Part shown: positions 1 through 11,800 of the stretch, one piece after another
How the letters are laid out: every line of letters starts with the position of its first letter
Position numbering within the stretch: position 1 is the stretch's first letter
Source of the DNA: Macrostomum lignano
Taxonomy: Eukaryota
Assembly (NCBI GenBank): GCA_002269645.1
Contig: NIVC01001126.1
Coordinates: 1-64,000, forward strand
Reading direction: 5' to 3'
Length of the DNA: 64,000 nt
The notes under the pieces: generated by a model
Database searches by the model: none
The model's input: only the letters and a program-made list of their open reading frames with translations
What the model was told of the DNA's origin: nothing
Position numbers and translations under genes: made by a program

Positions 1-195
1 CTAGTACTTCAGTTCGCGAGCACTTGAAAAGTTTGCTAGTACTTCAGTTCGCGAGAACTTGAAAAGTTTGCTAGTACTTCAGTTCGCGAGAACTTGAAAA
101 GTTCGCTAGTACTTCAGTTTGCGAGAACTTGAAAAGTTGCTTGTACTTCAGTTCGCGAGAACTTGAAAAGTTTGCTAGTACTTCAGTTCGCGCAG
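1..195. repeat. 35-bp tandem repeat (CTAGTACTTCAGTTCGCGAGAACTTGAAAAGTTTG), about 5.5 copies, cut by the window edge
   Basis: Unit starts at 1, 36 and 71 and continues with point variants. Confidence 0.9.
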
Positions 196-760
196 GAAAC
201 TTGCAAAGTTTGTTCGTTCTCGCGGTTCGCTCGCGAGTTACATAAATTTTCGCATTAATTTTAGGCTTATGCGCACTTAAGATCGCGTAATATAAATTTC
301 ACTCATGTTGGCTGCGCTTTTGCGCCAACATTCTTGTACTTTGTCTAAAGCCAATCATTCCTGTTGTGATGTACTATTATATATAGCTAATGCAAGCGTT
401 TTGATCGCTCTGAAAAAAATGATTCTTTACTGCTTAAATTTATTTTACTTACGTAATCTGGCTTACAAAGAAAGAGTTTTTAGCTTAATGAACTAAAATT
501 ATTGTGTTAATCCCGCTCAGAAATGTTTAAATTCTTATCTCAATAAATATCTTATCAAGGTGTGTTCCAAATGCCAAAATGTAAACTCGATTTGCTTGTG
601 AAGAGTAAGTAAAATAAAAGTTGTATTTTGTCAGTGATTATGGCGTGTTTGTATACTTTGTTGTTAGACTTGCTTTTTATGCTACTTTTGGTTTTAAAAG
701 AAATTTTATCATAGTAAAATGTCACTATCTATTAGTATTGACTGTGTCGCACACCTGATT

Positions 761-1440
761 CCGCCCCCTAACACTCGATTCCGCCCCCCTTACACTCAAT
801 TACGCCCCCCTTACACTCGATTCCGCCCCCCTTATACTCGATTCCGCCCCCTAACACTCGATTCCGCCCCCCTTACACTCAATTACGCCCCCTTACACTC
901 GATTCCGCCCCCCTTACACTCGATTCCGCCCCCTTACACTCGATTCCGCCCCCCCTTACACTCGATTCCGCCCCCCTTACACTCGATTCCGCCCCCTAAC
1001 ACTCGATTCCGCCCCCTTACACTCGATTCCGCCCCCTAACACTCGATTCCGCCCCCTAACACTCGATTCCTCCCCCCTTACACTCGATTCCTCCCCCTTA
1101 CACTCGATTCCTCGCCCCTTACACTCGATTCCGCCCCCTTACACTCGATTCCGCCCCCTAACACTCGATTCCGCCCCCCTTACACTCGATTCCGCCCCCT
1201 AACACTCGATTCCTCCCCCCTTACACTCGATTCCTCCCCCCTTACACTCGATTCCGCCCCCTTACACTCGATTCCGCCCCCCCCTTACACTCGATTCCGC
1301 CCCCCTTACACTCGATTCCGCCCCCCTTACACTCGATTCCGCCCCTCCCCCTACACTCGATTCCGCCCCCTTAGACTCGATTCCGCCCCCCCCCTTACAC
1401 TCGATTTCGCCCGCCTAAACTCAATTCCGCCCCCCCCCTG
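761..1440. repeat. About 21-bp minisatellite ACACTCGATTCCGCCCCC(C)TT, each unit with a GC-box (CCGCCC), directly upstream of the SLC33A1 ATG
   Basis: Visible tandem array with variable C-run length; ORF 719..1039 is its translation. Confidence 0.9.
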
Positions 1441-1450
1441 ACTCCCTTGC

Positions 1451-2007
1451 ATGCCATCCCCAGCCACCCGCCAGCGTCGTGTCGCCGGCAACAGCCGGTC
1501 AAGCAGCAGGCAGCAACAGCGAGTGGAAGGACTCAGCTTGGACATAGAAATTCCCTCACAAGTGCCTCTCAACACTAGCGGAGATCTCACAGACGATAAC
1601 GATATTGAAGAGGCCGACAACTCCAGCGGATCCACTACTTCTACATCGCCAGAAGCTGAAGAAGCCGAAGCCGCTTCGTCAACTGCTCAACTGCTCAAGA
1701 AGGCACGGCAGGCTCGTTCGCCGGTGAAAAACTCGAATCCTCATCAGCCGAGCGTGGAAGGCGGCCCCGCTGGCATGGGGGACTTGTCTGCTCAGTCGCT
1801 AGGCGAGATGAGCTCGCAGGATCGGCGATCTGTCCTGTTGCTCACATTTCTGTACGTGCTGCAGGGCATACCGCTGGGTCTGGCCGGCTCTGTGCCCTAC
1901 ATTCTCACGGCTAGGAAGGTGAGGCAGTTGCGGATTCTCACCAAGATCATCCTGGTTCTCGCGATCTAAGTTGCCCCAGTGATCAGCCCTACACTGCACC
2001 TTCACAA

Positions 2008-2044
<37 letters not shown>

Positions 2045-5000
2045 TGAGTCTTCACGACTTCACACTTTCTGTCCGGAGCCTTCACGACTTCACACTTTGT
2101 GCCCGGAGTCTTCACGACTTCACACTTTCTGCCCAGAGTCTTCACGACTTCACACTTTCTGCCCAGAGTCTTCACGACTTCACACTTTCTGCCCAGAGTC
2201 TTCACGACTTCACACTTTCTGCCCGAGTCTTCACGACTTCACACTTTCTGCCCAGAGTCTTCACGACTTCACACTTTCTGCCCAGAGTCTTCACGACTTC
2301 ACACTTTCTGCCCAGAGTCTTCACGACTTCACACTTTCTGCCCAGAGTCTTCACGACTTCACACTTTCTGCCCAGAGTCTTCACGACTTCACACTTTCTG
2401 CCCAGAGTCTTCACGACTTCACACTTTCTGCCCAGAGTCTTCACGACTTCACACTTTCTGCCCAGAGTCTTCACGACTTCACACTTTCTGCCCAGAGTCT
2501 TCACGACTTCACACTTTCTGCCCAGAGTCTTCACGACTTCACACTTTCTGCCCAGAGTCTTCACGACTTCACACTTTCTGCCCAGAGTCTTCACGACTTC
2601 ACACTTTCTGCCCGGAGTCTTCACGACTTCACACTTTCTGTCCGGAATAATAAGATCCCAATGAATGTGATCATTTGTCTACTAAACGCGTGATTATAGA
2701 CTTTATTTGTTTGTTCAATCTCTCCACTAGACCCCATTGCTTTGAGCGTGATAAGGTTTTGGCCAGGTATGTTTAGCATTTTAACATCCAATGACACTTT
2801 CTTGCCAAATAACCCCATAACCGCACGCCGCCCAGGTGAGCTACACAGCTCAGGGTACATTTTCCTTCGTATTCTGGCCATTCTCGCTCAAACTACTGTG
2901 GGCACCGCTGGTGGATTCGATCTACTCGGCTCGATTTGGTCGCCGGAAGTCCTGGTTAATACCGGTGCAGTTCGGCCTAGCGGCCGCTATGACCACATTG
3001 GCCAGCTACACGGACTGGCTGTTGGGCGAGAACCCGCCCGGGCCGGTTCGAGTTCTGCCTCTGGCGGCGGGATTTTTCTCCCTAACATTCCTGGCCGCAA
3101 CGCAGGACATTGCTGTTGACGGCTGGGCTCTGACTATGCTGAGCAGGCGCAATGTTGCTTGGGCATCCGGTTGCAACTCGGTTGGTCAGACTGCCGGCTA
3201 TTTCATTGCCTACGTGCTGTTCCTGGCGTTGGAGTCGGCCGACTTTTGCAACACCTGGCTGCGGAGCAGGCCTGAGCCTGTTGGTCTGGTGAGTCATCGC
3301 TTTTTTTAATAGACTCATTGGAAAGGTGCAAAATTCTCATTGCAACTGGCTCACACAAAACAGTCATTTCTAAAAAAGGCTCATATCTTCATAACAAGCG
3401 TCATTGTCAGAGAATCATATAAAAATGTCATTTACGACTTACGAGCTAAGAGGATCATGCATGACAGTCATTGTAAAAGGCTCATGTAAAAGGGTCATTG
3501 CCAGGAGCTCATGCAAAACGGTTATTGTAAGAGGCTCATATTAAAACTGTCATTTAAGGAAGCTCATAGAAAAAAATCATTGTATGAGCTAAGAGGATCG
3601 TGCATGTCGGTCATTGTAAAAGACTCATATAAAACGGTCATTGTCAAAAGCTCATGTAAAACCGTCATTCTAAGAGACTCATGAAATGGTCATTGCAAGG
3701 AGCTCATGCAAAACGGTCATTGTAAGAGGATCATGCATGACGCTCATTGTAAAAGACTCATACAAAATGGTCATTGTAGGATGCTCATACAAAACAGTCA
3801 TTCTAAGAGTCTCGTAGCTAAAAGCGGCTTATACCAACTATAAAATATCGGTATGACTCCAAACTGCACACACGCAGGTGAGCCTGTCGGGTTTCCTCCG
3901 TTTCTGGGGCCTAGTGTTCCTTGGCACCACATTTTGCCTGCTATTCCGTCGGGAAGAATCAACTAGCAGCAGTAACAGCAGCTCGGAAGTTGATAACGAC
4001 AATCTCGGTGTTAGGGAGACCTATGCCATCCTAGCCAAGGTCATGCGCCTGCGGCCAGTCCTGCTGTACCTGTTCTGCCTGTGCCTGTTGAAATCGGCTT
4101 TCGCTGCCGCCGACGGCATGACCGGATTGAAACTCATCGAAGCCGGTGTGCCGAAAGAACGTCTGGCACTTTTAGGCGTTGTTGTCACGCCGTTTCAACT
4201 GGTTCTGCCTGTGCTGCTAAGTAGACACGTTGGCAATCGGCCATTGTCTTTGTACACAAAGAGTGCCCTGCCCAGGCTGCTGTTGGGCCTGCTGTTTGCC
4301 GGCTTAGTTTGGATAACGCCTCGGTTTAAATCTGCCCACGATGCCAGCTATCCTTGGCACTATTTCCTGCTAGTGACCGTTGCCTATCTGGCCCATCAGG
4401 TGTTCATGTACGCCATGTTCGTGTCTCAGATGGCTTTCCACGCTAAAGTGTCCGATCCGAATGTTGGCGGCACTTATATGACTCTGCTTAATACCGTTAC
4501 TAATCTAGGTGAGACTGTCGAATGTTGGATTCTGATTTTATTGGAATCTTCTTGAGTTCTAAATTTATAGATATACCAATTTTAGCCAACCCACTTACCT
4601 AAGCTATCTAGCCTTAGCAACCGAGCTGTCTAGCCCTAGCAACCGAGCTATCCACTCCTAGCAACCTATAGCTATCTACCCTAGCAACCGAGCTATCAAT
4701 CCCAAGCAACTGAGTTAACTACGCCCTAGCAACCGAGTTATATATCCATAGCAACCGAGCTATATATCCATAGCAACCGAGCTATATATCCATAGCAACC
4801 GAGCTATATATATCCATAGCAACCGAGCTATATATCCATAGCAACCGAGCTATATATCCATAGCAACCGAGCTATATATCCATAGCAACCGAGCTATATA
4901 TCGATAGCAACCGAGCTATCTACCCCTACCAACCGAGCTGTCTAGCCATAGATATACCAATTTTATAGCAACCCAACCCAACTGTTTGCCCTAGCAACCA

Positions 5001-5553
5001 AGCTTACGCTCGTATCTACCCCATAGCAACCGAATTACCGAACTATCTAAGCCTAGCAATTAAGTTATCTACCCTTAGCAACCGTGGTATCTCCCCCTAG
5101 CAACCGAGATATCTATCCATAGCAATCCAACTATTTGCCCCAGTAACCGATCAATCTATCCCTAGCAACCGAGTTGTCCACCTACTGATTATCCCTCCCT
5201 TAGCAAAAATTCATCCAAGCAGAAGTCTTTTCTATTTCTTATTTTTCCTTATAAGACATTTCTTGAACAATAATGCTTAAGCTTTATGCAGATACATAAC
5301 TATTGTTAATAAATATTTCCCCTCAGCCGGCAGCGCTCCAGTCACTTTCCTGCTATTCGTGGTTGACTACATATCAATCAAGTCGTGCAGCACCCCAAGC
5401 CTGGAGTCTGAGTCGTCCTGCATCACCCTAGTGGATGGGTACTACATCCAGTCTGGCCTGTGCTTCATCCTGGGCATTGTGGTTCTGCTGCGAATTCGCG
5501 CCACGTTCAGGCGTCTGGAGTCTCTGCCGTTGGAGCATTGGAAAGTTACGTGA
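1451..5553 (+). CDS. SLC33A1: Acetyl-CoA transporter 1 (AT-1, MFS); exons 1451-1918, 2836-3288, 3878-4508, 5327-5553; about 592 aa
   Basis: Motifs LLTFLYVLQGIPLGLAGSVP, FWPFSLKLLWAPLVDS, RFGRRKSWLIPVQ, FLAATQDIAVDGWALTML and GGTYMTLLNTVTNL. All introns are GT-AG and phases join (1779 nt). Confidence 0.93.
2045..2645. repeat. 30-bp minisatellite CCCAGAGTCTTCACGACTTCACACTTTCTG (about 20 copies) in SLC33A1 intron 1, preceded by (CT)n
   Basis: Near-perfect 30-nt periodicity; source of ORFs 2097..2693, 2099..2650 and 2202..2624. Confidence 0.95.
3350..3810. repeat. Degenerate about 29-bp repeat (AAAACGGTCATTGTAAGAGGCTCATGC-like) in SLC33A1 intron 2
   Basis: Recurring GTCATTGT...CTCAT motif. Confidence 0.75.
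4590..5125. repeat. About 20-bp CC(T/A)TAGCAACCGAGCTA array in SLC33A1 intron 3
   Basis: Tandem units such as TATATCCATAGCAACCGAGC at 4741-4910. Confidence 0.85.
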
Positions 5554-6069
5554 AAATTCACTTTTCTTCGTATGTTTGTGACATTCCTATGTGAATTCCA
5601 AAGACACATGATAACCAATAAGAGATTGTTGTGTTTTGTTTTAATTAATAAAAATATATGATGTACTGTATAATGTCATCTATTGTCGAATTTGTGGTGC
5701 CTTGTTCATTTTGCCTACTGTTAGTAGTTTTTTTCTCATTAGTATGTTTAAATGGGAAAATGGACTGGGAAAGTGTTATTGTCTGCTTTTAATATTGGCA
5801 TTTTTTGTTTAAATATTATCTTGAGAGTTTTGCGTATTTCTTGAATCCTAATTCCCGCTTGATTAAATATAGATTATTAATGTACCGTACAAAATATGTG
5901 CTTTTAATTAGTACTTTTTATTGCTTTAAAGTGCCAAAAGGCAATTTAGTTTTGTTTTAATTATTAACTACATTTAGTGTTTGCGTAACAGTGGAACTCT
6001 ATCTACATGTAATGGAAACTATTGGATAATTTTTCTGTCAATAAAAAATTCAAAGCTAATGCTGACACC

Positions 6070-6305
6070 TTAGCAACTGAGCTATCTGCCATAGCAACCA
6101 AGCTGGCCCTAGCAACCAAGATAGCCCTAGCAACCAAGCTAGCTTTAGCAACCTATCTGGCCCTAGCAACCAAGCTAGCCTTAACAACCGAGCTAACCTT
6201 AGCAACCAAGCTGGCCCCAGCAACCAAGATATCCTTAGCAACCAAGGAACCCTTAGCAACCAAGCTGGCCCTAGCAACCAAGCTAGTCGTAGCAAGCGAG
6301 CTATC
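6070..6305. repeat. 18-bp CCCTAGCAACCAAGCTAG array, same core as the 4590 and 7720 arrays
   Basis: ORF 6022..6375 (LATKLA repeats) is its translation. Confidence 0.85.
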
Positions 6306-6764
6306 CATCTCACAAACTAATACTTCATTCGAAATAGGCTTAATAAAATCTGCTTGCTTCAAGTCTGATATTTAGCCTTAATTAATAATTTTTCGATGTT
6401 ACGAGTATTAATACATTATTTCTGTATCATTTAATTGTTATTTTGTTTGAACACAGCTTTAATCTTGTTTAACCCTAACCATAACCTTGGCTGTTTGTCC
6501 TGTTCATTGTCTAATTTTCCTTTGTCGTGTAAAATAGTTCTACTGATTATCTTACAGGAGTGAGTTATTTAGCAGAGGGCAATCGCAAAAAATAAAGAGT
6601 TTTGTGCTGGTGTGTCTGTTTTAGTTCAGTAAAACCGTCTGTTTCTGGTTCTTGTTGACAATGGCTACTTGGCTAGAGTTCAGCTTCCATTTTTGCTTCC
6701 ATTTTTCAGCTTTAATTGAATTTTGGATTTTGAGCTATAGGATCGGATGGGATTTGGGATTATT

Positions 6765-7055
6765 GATCCCTATGATCAGATGCAATTTGGGATTATCTAT
6801 CCCTATGATCATGTGATTTGGGATTATTGAGCTCTAGGATCATGGGATTTAGGATTATTGAGCTCTAGGATCATATGGGATTTGGGATTATTAATCCCTA
6901 TGATCATATGGGATTTTGGATTATTGATTCCTATGATCAGATGGGATTTGGGATTATTGAGCTGTAGGATCAGATGTGATATGGGATTATTTATCCCTAT
7001 GATAGATAGGATTTGGGATATTGAGCTCTAGGATCAGATGGGATTTGGGATTTGG
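6765..7055. repeat. About 33-bp repeat GGGATTTGGGATTATTGAGCTCTAGGATCAGAT
   Basis: About 8 diverged tandem copies. Confidence 0.8.
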
Positions 7056-7719
7056 GATTTTTCAATGCGATATTATAAGCTCTGCTAATTCGACGTCTTT
7101 AGAGGTATATATACGAGCTTCATTGAATAGCCAACCCAGGGCAGACAGACTAGCCGCCACTGCACCTGCTTCGCAATAAAGCTTTGTTGACTCAGAAAAC
7201 AGCAATTACCTGGCTAGGCTGGTCGAGATAATTGCCTAAGCCCAATCTTTGCAATTGGCTGTGGCTTGTGGAGTCTTTTTGTGTTGGAATTATTAAAGTT
7301 GGCGGTGCACGCAGGTGAATTAGCACGTTCCCAAATAGAAAATTGGCTGGGTTGAGAACTGTCAAGTTGCTTCGCCATTCTGTTGAGATATTTAACCCCA
7401 AGCCTCCTGTTCTCATCGATTGTACTTCTAGTCTGATTGTGCAGAAAGCATTTCAAAGGGAATTCTGAAAGGCGAGAAAGTTAAAAACAAAATGCTGTTC
7501 CATGGTCAGATCACAAAAAGGCTATTTCTGCCTTGACTAAAAGCAGCCACTTCTATTAGCTGTAAAAATGTGCACCAATATAATGACCACTTATGTAGAC
7601 GGCACCCTGTTTCTTGGGAAAAAGCTTACTTTAAGCTACTGACGTATTCAACATTTTCTACACAATTAATTTTTTTACAGATTCTTAAACTCAAATTAAT
7701 TGATATCTATCATGTTGCA

Positions 7720-8295
7720 GCCAACCCAGCGATCTAAGCTATCTATCCTTAGCAACCGAGCCATCTTCCCCTATCAACCCAGCTATCTCTAGCCTTAGCA
7801 ACCAAGCACCCTAACTAAGCTAGCTCGTTAGGGTGCTTCCATCCCTAGCAACCGTGCTAGCCCTAGCAACCAAGCTATCTATCCCTAGCAACCGGGACTA
7901 TCTATCCCTAGCAACCGAGCTATCTACTAGCAACCGAGCTATCTACTAGCAACCGAGATATCATCTACTCCTAGCAACCGAGCTATCTACTCCTAGCAAC
8001 CGAGCTAGTAACCCTAGCAACCAAGCTATCCACCCCAGCAACCGAGCTATCCAGCCCTAGCAACCGAGCTATCTATCCCTAGCAACCGAGCTATCTACTC
8101 CTAGCAACCGAGCTAGTAACCCTAGCAACCAAGCTATCCACCTCAGCAACCGAGCTATCTACTCCTAGCAACCGAGCTAGTAACCCTAGCAACCAAGCTA
8201 TCCACCCCAGCAACCGAGCTATATAGTCATAGCAACCGAGCTAGTAACCCTAGCAACAAAGCTACATGTATCCACCCCAGCAACCGAGCTATCGA
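7720..8295. repeat. About 20-bp CCTAGCAACCGAGCTATCTA array
   Basis: Tandem units sharing the TAGCAAC core. Confidence 0.85.
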
Positions 8296-8821
8296 GATTC
8301 TTCTGTCAGCTTATAGTCTAGAGATCAGAGCGTACATCTAATTCAATTGTTTGGTCTTGGTCTTGTCTATAGACAAAGACCAGAGTAAAAACAGCAAGCA
8401 AGTTTGTAATTCTATCTCTTTATCCTGTCTTCCAGTTTAAAAAACTGTAAAATTGCATTTTTGAGCACATTAAAATCTGATGATTAAACACCGACTTCCA
8501 TGCCCGTAGAGGTCAGAATTATCTACTTGCTGCTATAAATGGGAATTGTCAACTTAGTTGACTTAACCTGTATGACAAAAGCTGTATTTAATTACTCAGA
8601 GGCAGCAAACTGCATGTACAATTTGAAGCTGGTAAACAGTTTTTTACACAGCAAATGTGCATGCGCTCTAAACATTGCGATTGACGCTTATTGATATTGT
8701 CAGGCCTGTCAAATCGCTTCAGAAGCCTCACGCACCTTAAAGCTGGTTCTGCGAGCGAAGAATAGAAATGAAGAACAGCGTTACACCTTATTGACATGTA
8801 AGGTTAGGCTCCAGATTCTCT

Positions 8822-11800
8822 CACCGCTGCCCTCTCCTCTCCACTCCACTCCTCACCTCTCCTCTCCTCTCCTCTCCTCACCTCACCTCTCCTCTCCTCA
8901 CCTCACCTCTCCTCTCCTCTCCTCTCCTATCCTCTCCTCACCTCTCCACTCCTCCCTCTCCTCTCCTCTCCTCTCCTCTCCTATCCTCTCCTCACCTCTC
9001 CACTCCTCTCCTCTCCTCTCCTCTCCTCTCCTCTCCTCTCCACTCCTCTCCTCTCCACTCCTCTCCACTCCTCTCCTCACCTCTCCTCTCCACTCCTCTC
9101 TCCCTCTCCTCACCTCTCCTCTCCTCTCCTCTCCTCACCTCTCCTCTCCACTCCTCTCCTCACCTCTCCTCACCTCTCCTCTCCTCTCCTCTCCTCACCT
9201 CTCCTCTCCTCACCTCTCCTCTCCTCTCCTCTCCTCACCTCTCCTCTCCTCTCCTCTCCACTCCTCTCCTCTCCACTCCTCTCCTCACCTCTCCTCACCT
9301 CTCCTCTCCTCTCCTCTCCTCACCTCTCCTCTCCTCACCTCTCCTCTCCACTCCTCTCCTCACCTCTCCTCTCCTCTCCTCTCCACTCCTCTCCTCTCCA
9401 CTCCTCTCCTCTCCACTCCTCTCCTCTCCACTCCTCTCCTCTCCTCTCCTCTCCTCTCCTCACCTCTCCTCTCCTCTCCTCTCCTCTCCTCTCCTCACCT
9501 CTCCTCTCCTCTCCTCTCCTCTCCTCTCCACTCCTCTCCTCTCCACTCCTCTCCTCACCTCTCCTCACCTCTCCTCTCCTCTCCTCTCCTCACCTCTCCT
9601 CTCCTCACCTCTCCTCTCCTCTCCTCTCCTCTCTCTCCTCTCCTCTCCACTCCTCTCCTCTCCACTCCTCTCCTCTCCACTCCTCTCCTCACCTCTCCTC
9701 TCCTCTCCACTCCTCTCCTCTCCACTCCTCTCCTCTCCACTCCTCTCCTCTCCACTCCTCTCCTCACCTCTCCTCTCCTCTCCTCTCCACTCCTCTCCTC
9801 TCCACTCCTCTCCACTCCTCTCCTCACCTCTCCTCTCCTCTCCTCTCCTCTCCTCTCCTCTCCTCTCCACTCCTCTCCTCACCTCTCCTCTCCTCTCCAC
9901 TCCTCTCCTCACCTCTCCTCTCCTCTCCTCTCCACTCCTCACCTCTCCTCACCTCTCCTCTCCTCTCCTCTCCTCACCTCTCCTCTCCACTCCTCTCCTC
10001 ACCTCTCCTCACCTCTCCTCTCCTCTCCTCTCCTCACCTCTCCTCTCCACTCCTCTCCTCTCCACTCCTCTCCTCTCCACTCCTCTCCTCACCTCTCCTC
10101 TCCTCTCCACTCCTCTCCTCTCCACTCCTCTCCTCTCCACTCCTCTCCTCTCCTCTCCACTCCTCTCCTCACCTCTCCTCTCCTCTCCTCTCCACTCCTC
10201 TCCTCTCCACTCCTCTCCACTCCTCTCCTCACCTCTCCTCTCCTCTCCTCTCCTCTCCTCTCCTCTCCTCTCCTATCCTCTCCTCACCTCTCCTCTCCTC
10301 TCCACTCCTCTCCTCACCTCTCCTCACCTCTCCTCTCCTCTCCTCTCCACTCCTCTCCTCACCTCTCCTCTCCTCTCCACTCCTCTCCTCTCCACTCCTC
10401 TCCTCTCCACTCCTCTCCTCTCCACTCCTCTCCTCACCTCTCCTCTCCTCTCCTCTCCTCTCCTCTCCTCTCCTCACCTCTCCTCTCCTCACCTCTCCTC
10501 TCCTCTCCTCTCCTCTCCTCTCCACTCCTATCCTCTCCTCACCTCTCCACTCCTCTCCTCTCCTCTCCACTCCTCTCCTCACCTCTCCTCTCCTCTCCTC
10601 TCCTCACCTCTCCTCTCCTCTCCACTCCTCTCCTCACCTCTCCTCTCCTCTCCTCTCCACTCCTCACCTCTCCTCACCTCTCCTCTCCTCTCCTCTCCTC
10701 ACCTCTCCTCTCCACTCCTCTCCTCACCTCTCCTCACCTCTCCTCTCCTCTCCTCTCCTCACCTCTCCTCTCCACTCCTCTCCTCTCCACTCCTCTCTCT
10801 CTCCACTCCTCTCCTCACCTCTCCTCTCCTCTCCACTCCTCTCCTCTCCACTCCTCTCCTCTCCACTCCTCTCCTCTCCACTCCTCTCCTCACCTCTCCT
10901 CTCCTCTCCTCACCTCTCCTCTCCTCTCCTCTCCTCTCCTCTCCACTCCTATCCTCTCCTCACCTCTCCACTCCTCTCCTCTCCTCTCCTCTCCTCTCCT
11001 CACCTCTCCTCTCCTCTCCTCTCCACTCCTATTCTCTCCTCACCTCTCCTCTCCTCTCCTCACCTCTCCTCTCCTCTCCTCTCCTCACCTCTCCTCTCCA
11101 CTCCTCTCCTCTCCACTCCTCTCCTCTCCACTCCTCTCCTCACCTCTCCTCTCCTCTCCTCTCCTCTCCTCTCCTCTCCTCTCCTATCCTCTCCTCACCT
11201 CTCCTCTCCTCTCCACTCCTCTCCTCACCTCTCCTCACCTCTCCTCTCCTCTCCTCTCCACTCCTCTCCTCACCTCTCCTCTCCTCTCCACTCCTCTCCT
11301 CTCCACTCCTCTCCTCTCCACTCCTCTCCTCTCCACTCCTCTCCTCACCTCTCCTCTCCTCTCCTCTCCTCTCCTCTCCTCTCCTCACCTCTCCTCTCCT
11401 CACCTCTCCTCTCCTCTCCTCTCCTCTCCTCTCCACTCCTATCCTCTCCTCACCTCTCCACTCCTCTCCTCTCCTCTCCACTCCTCTCCTCACCTCTCCT
11501 CTCCTCTCCTCTCCTCACCTCTCCTCTCCTCTCCACTCCTCTCCTCACCTCTCCTCTCCTCTCCTCTCCTCTCCACTCCTCACCTCTCCTCACCTCTCCT
11601 CTCCTCTCCTCTCCTCACCTCTCCTCTCCACTCCTCTCCTCACCTCTCCTCACCTCTCCTCTCCTCTCCTCTCCTCACCTCTCCTCTCCACTCCTCTCCT
11701 CTCCACTCCTCTCCTCTCCACTCCTCTCCTCACCTCTCCTCTCCTCTCCACTCCTCTCCTCTCCACTCCTCTCCTCTCCACTCCTCTCCTCTCCTCTCCA

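Noticed and set aside
7192-7456. Short minus-strand ORFs as exons
   Set aside because: No recognisable domain or consistent exon chain.
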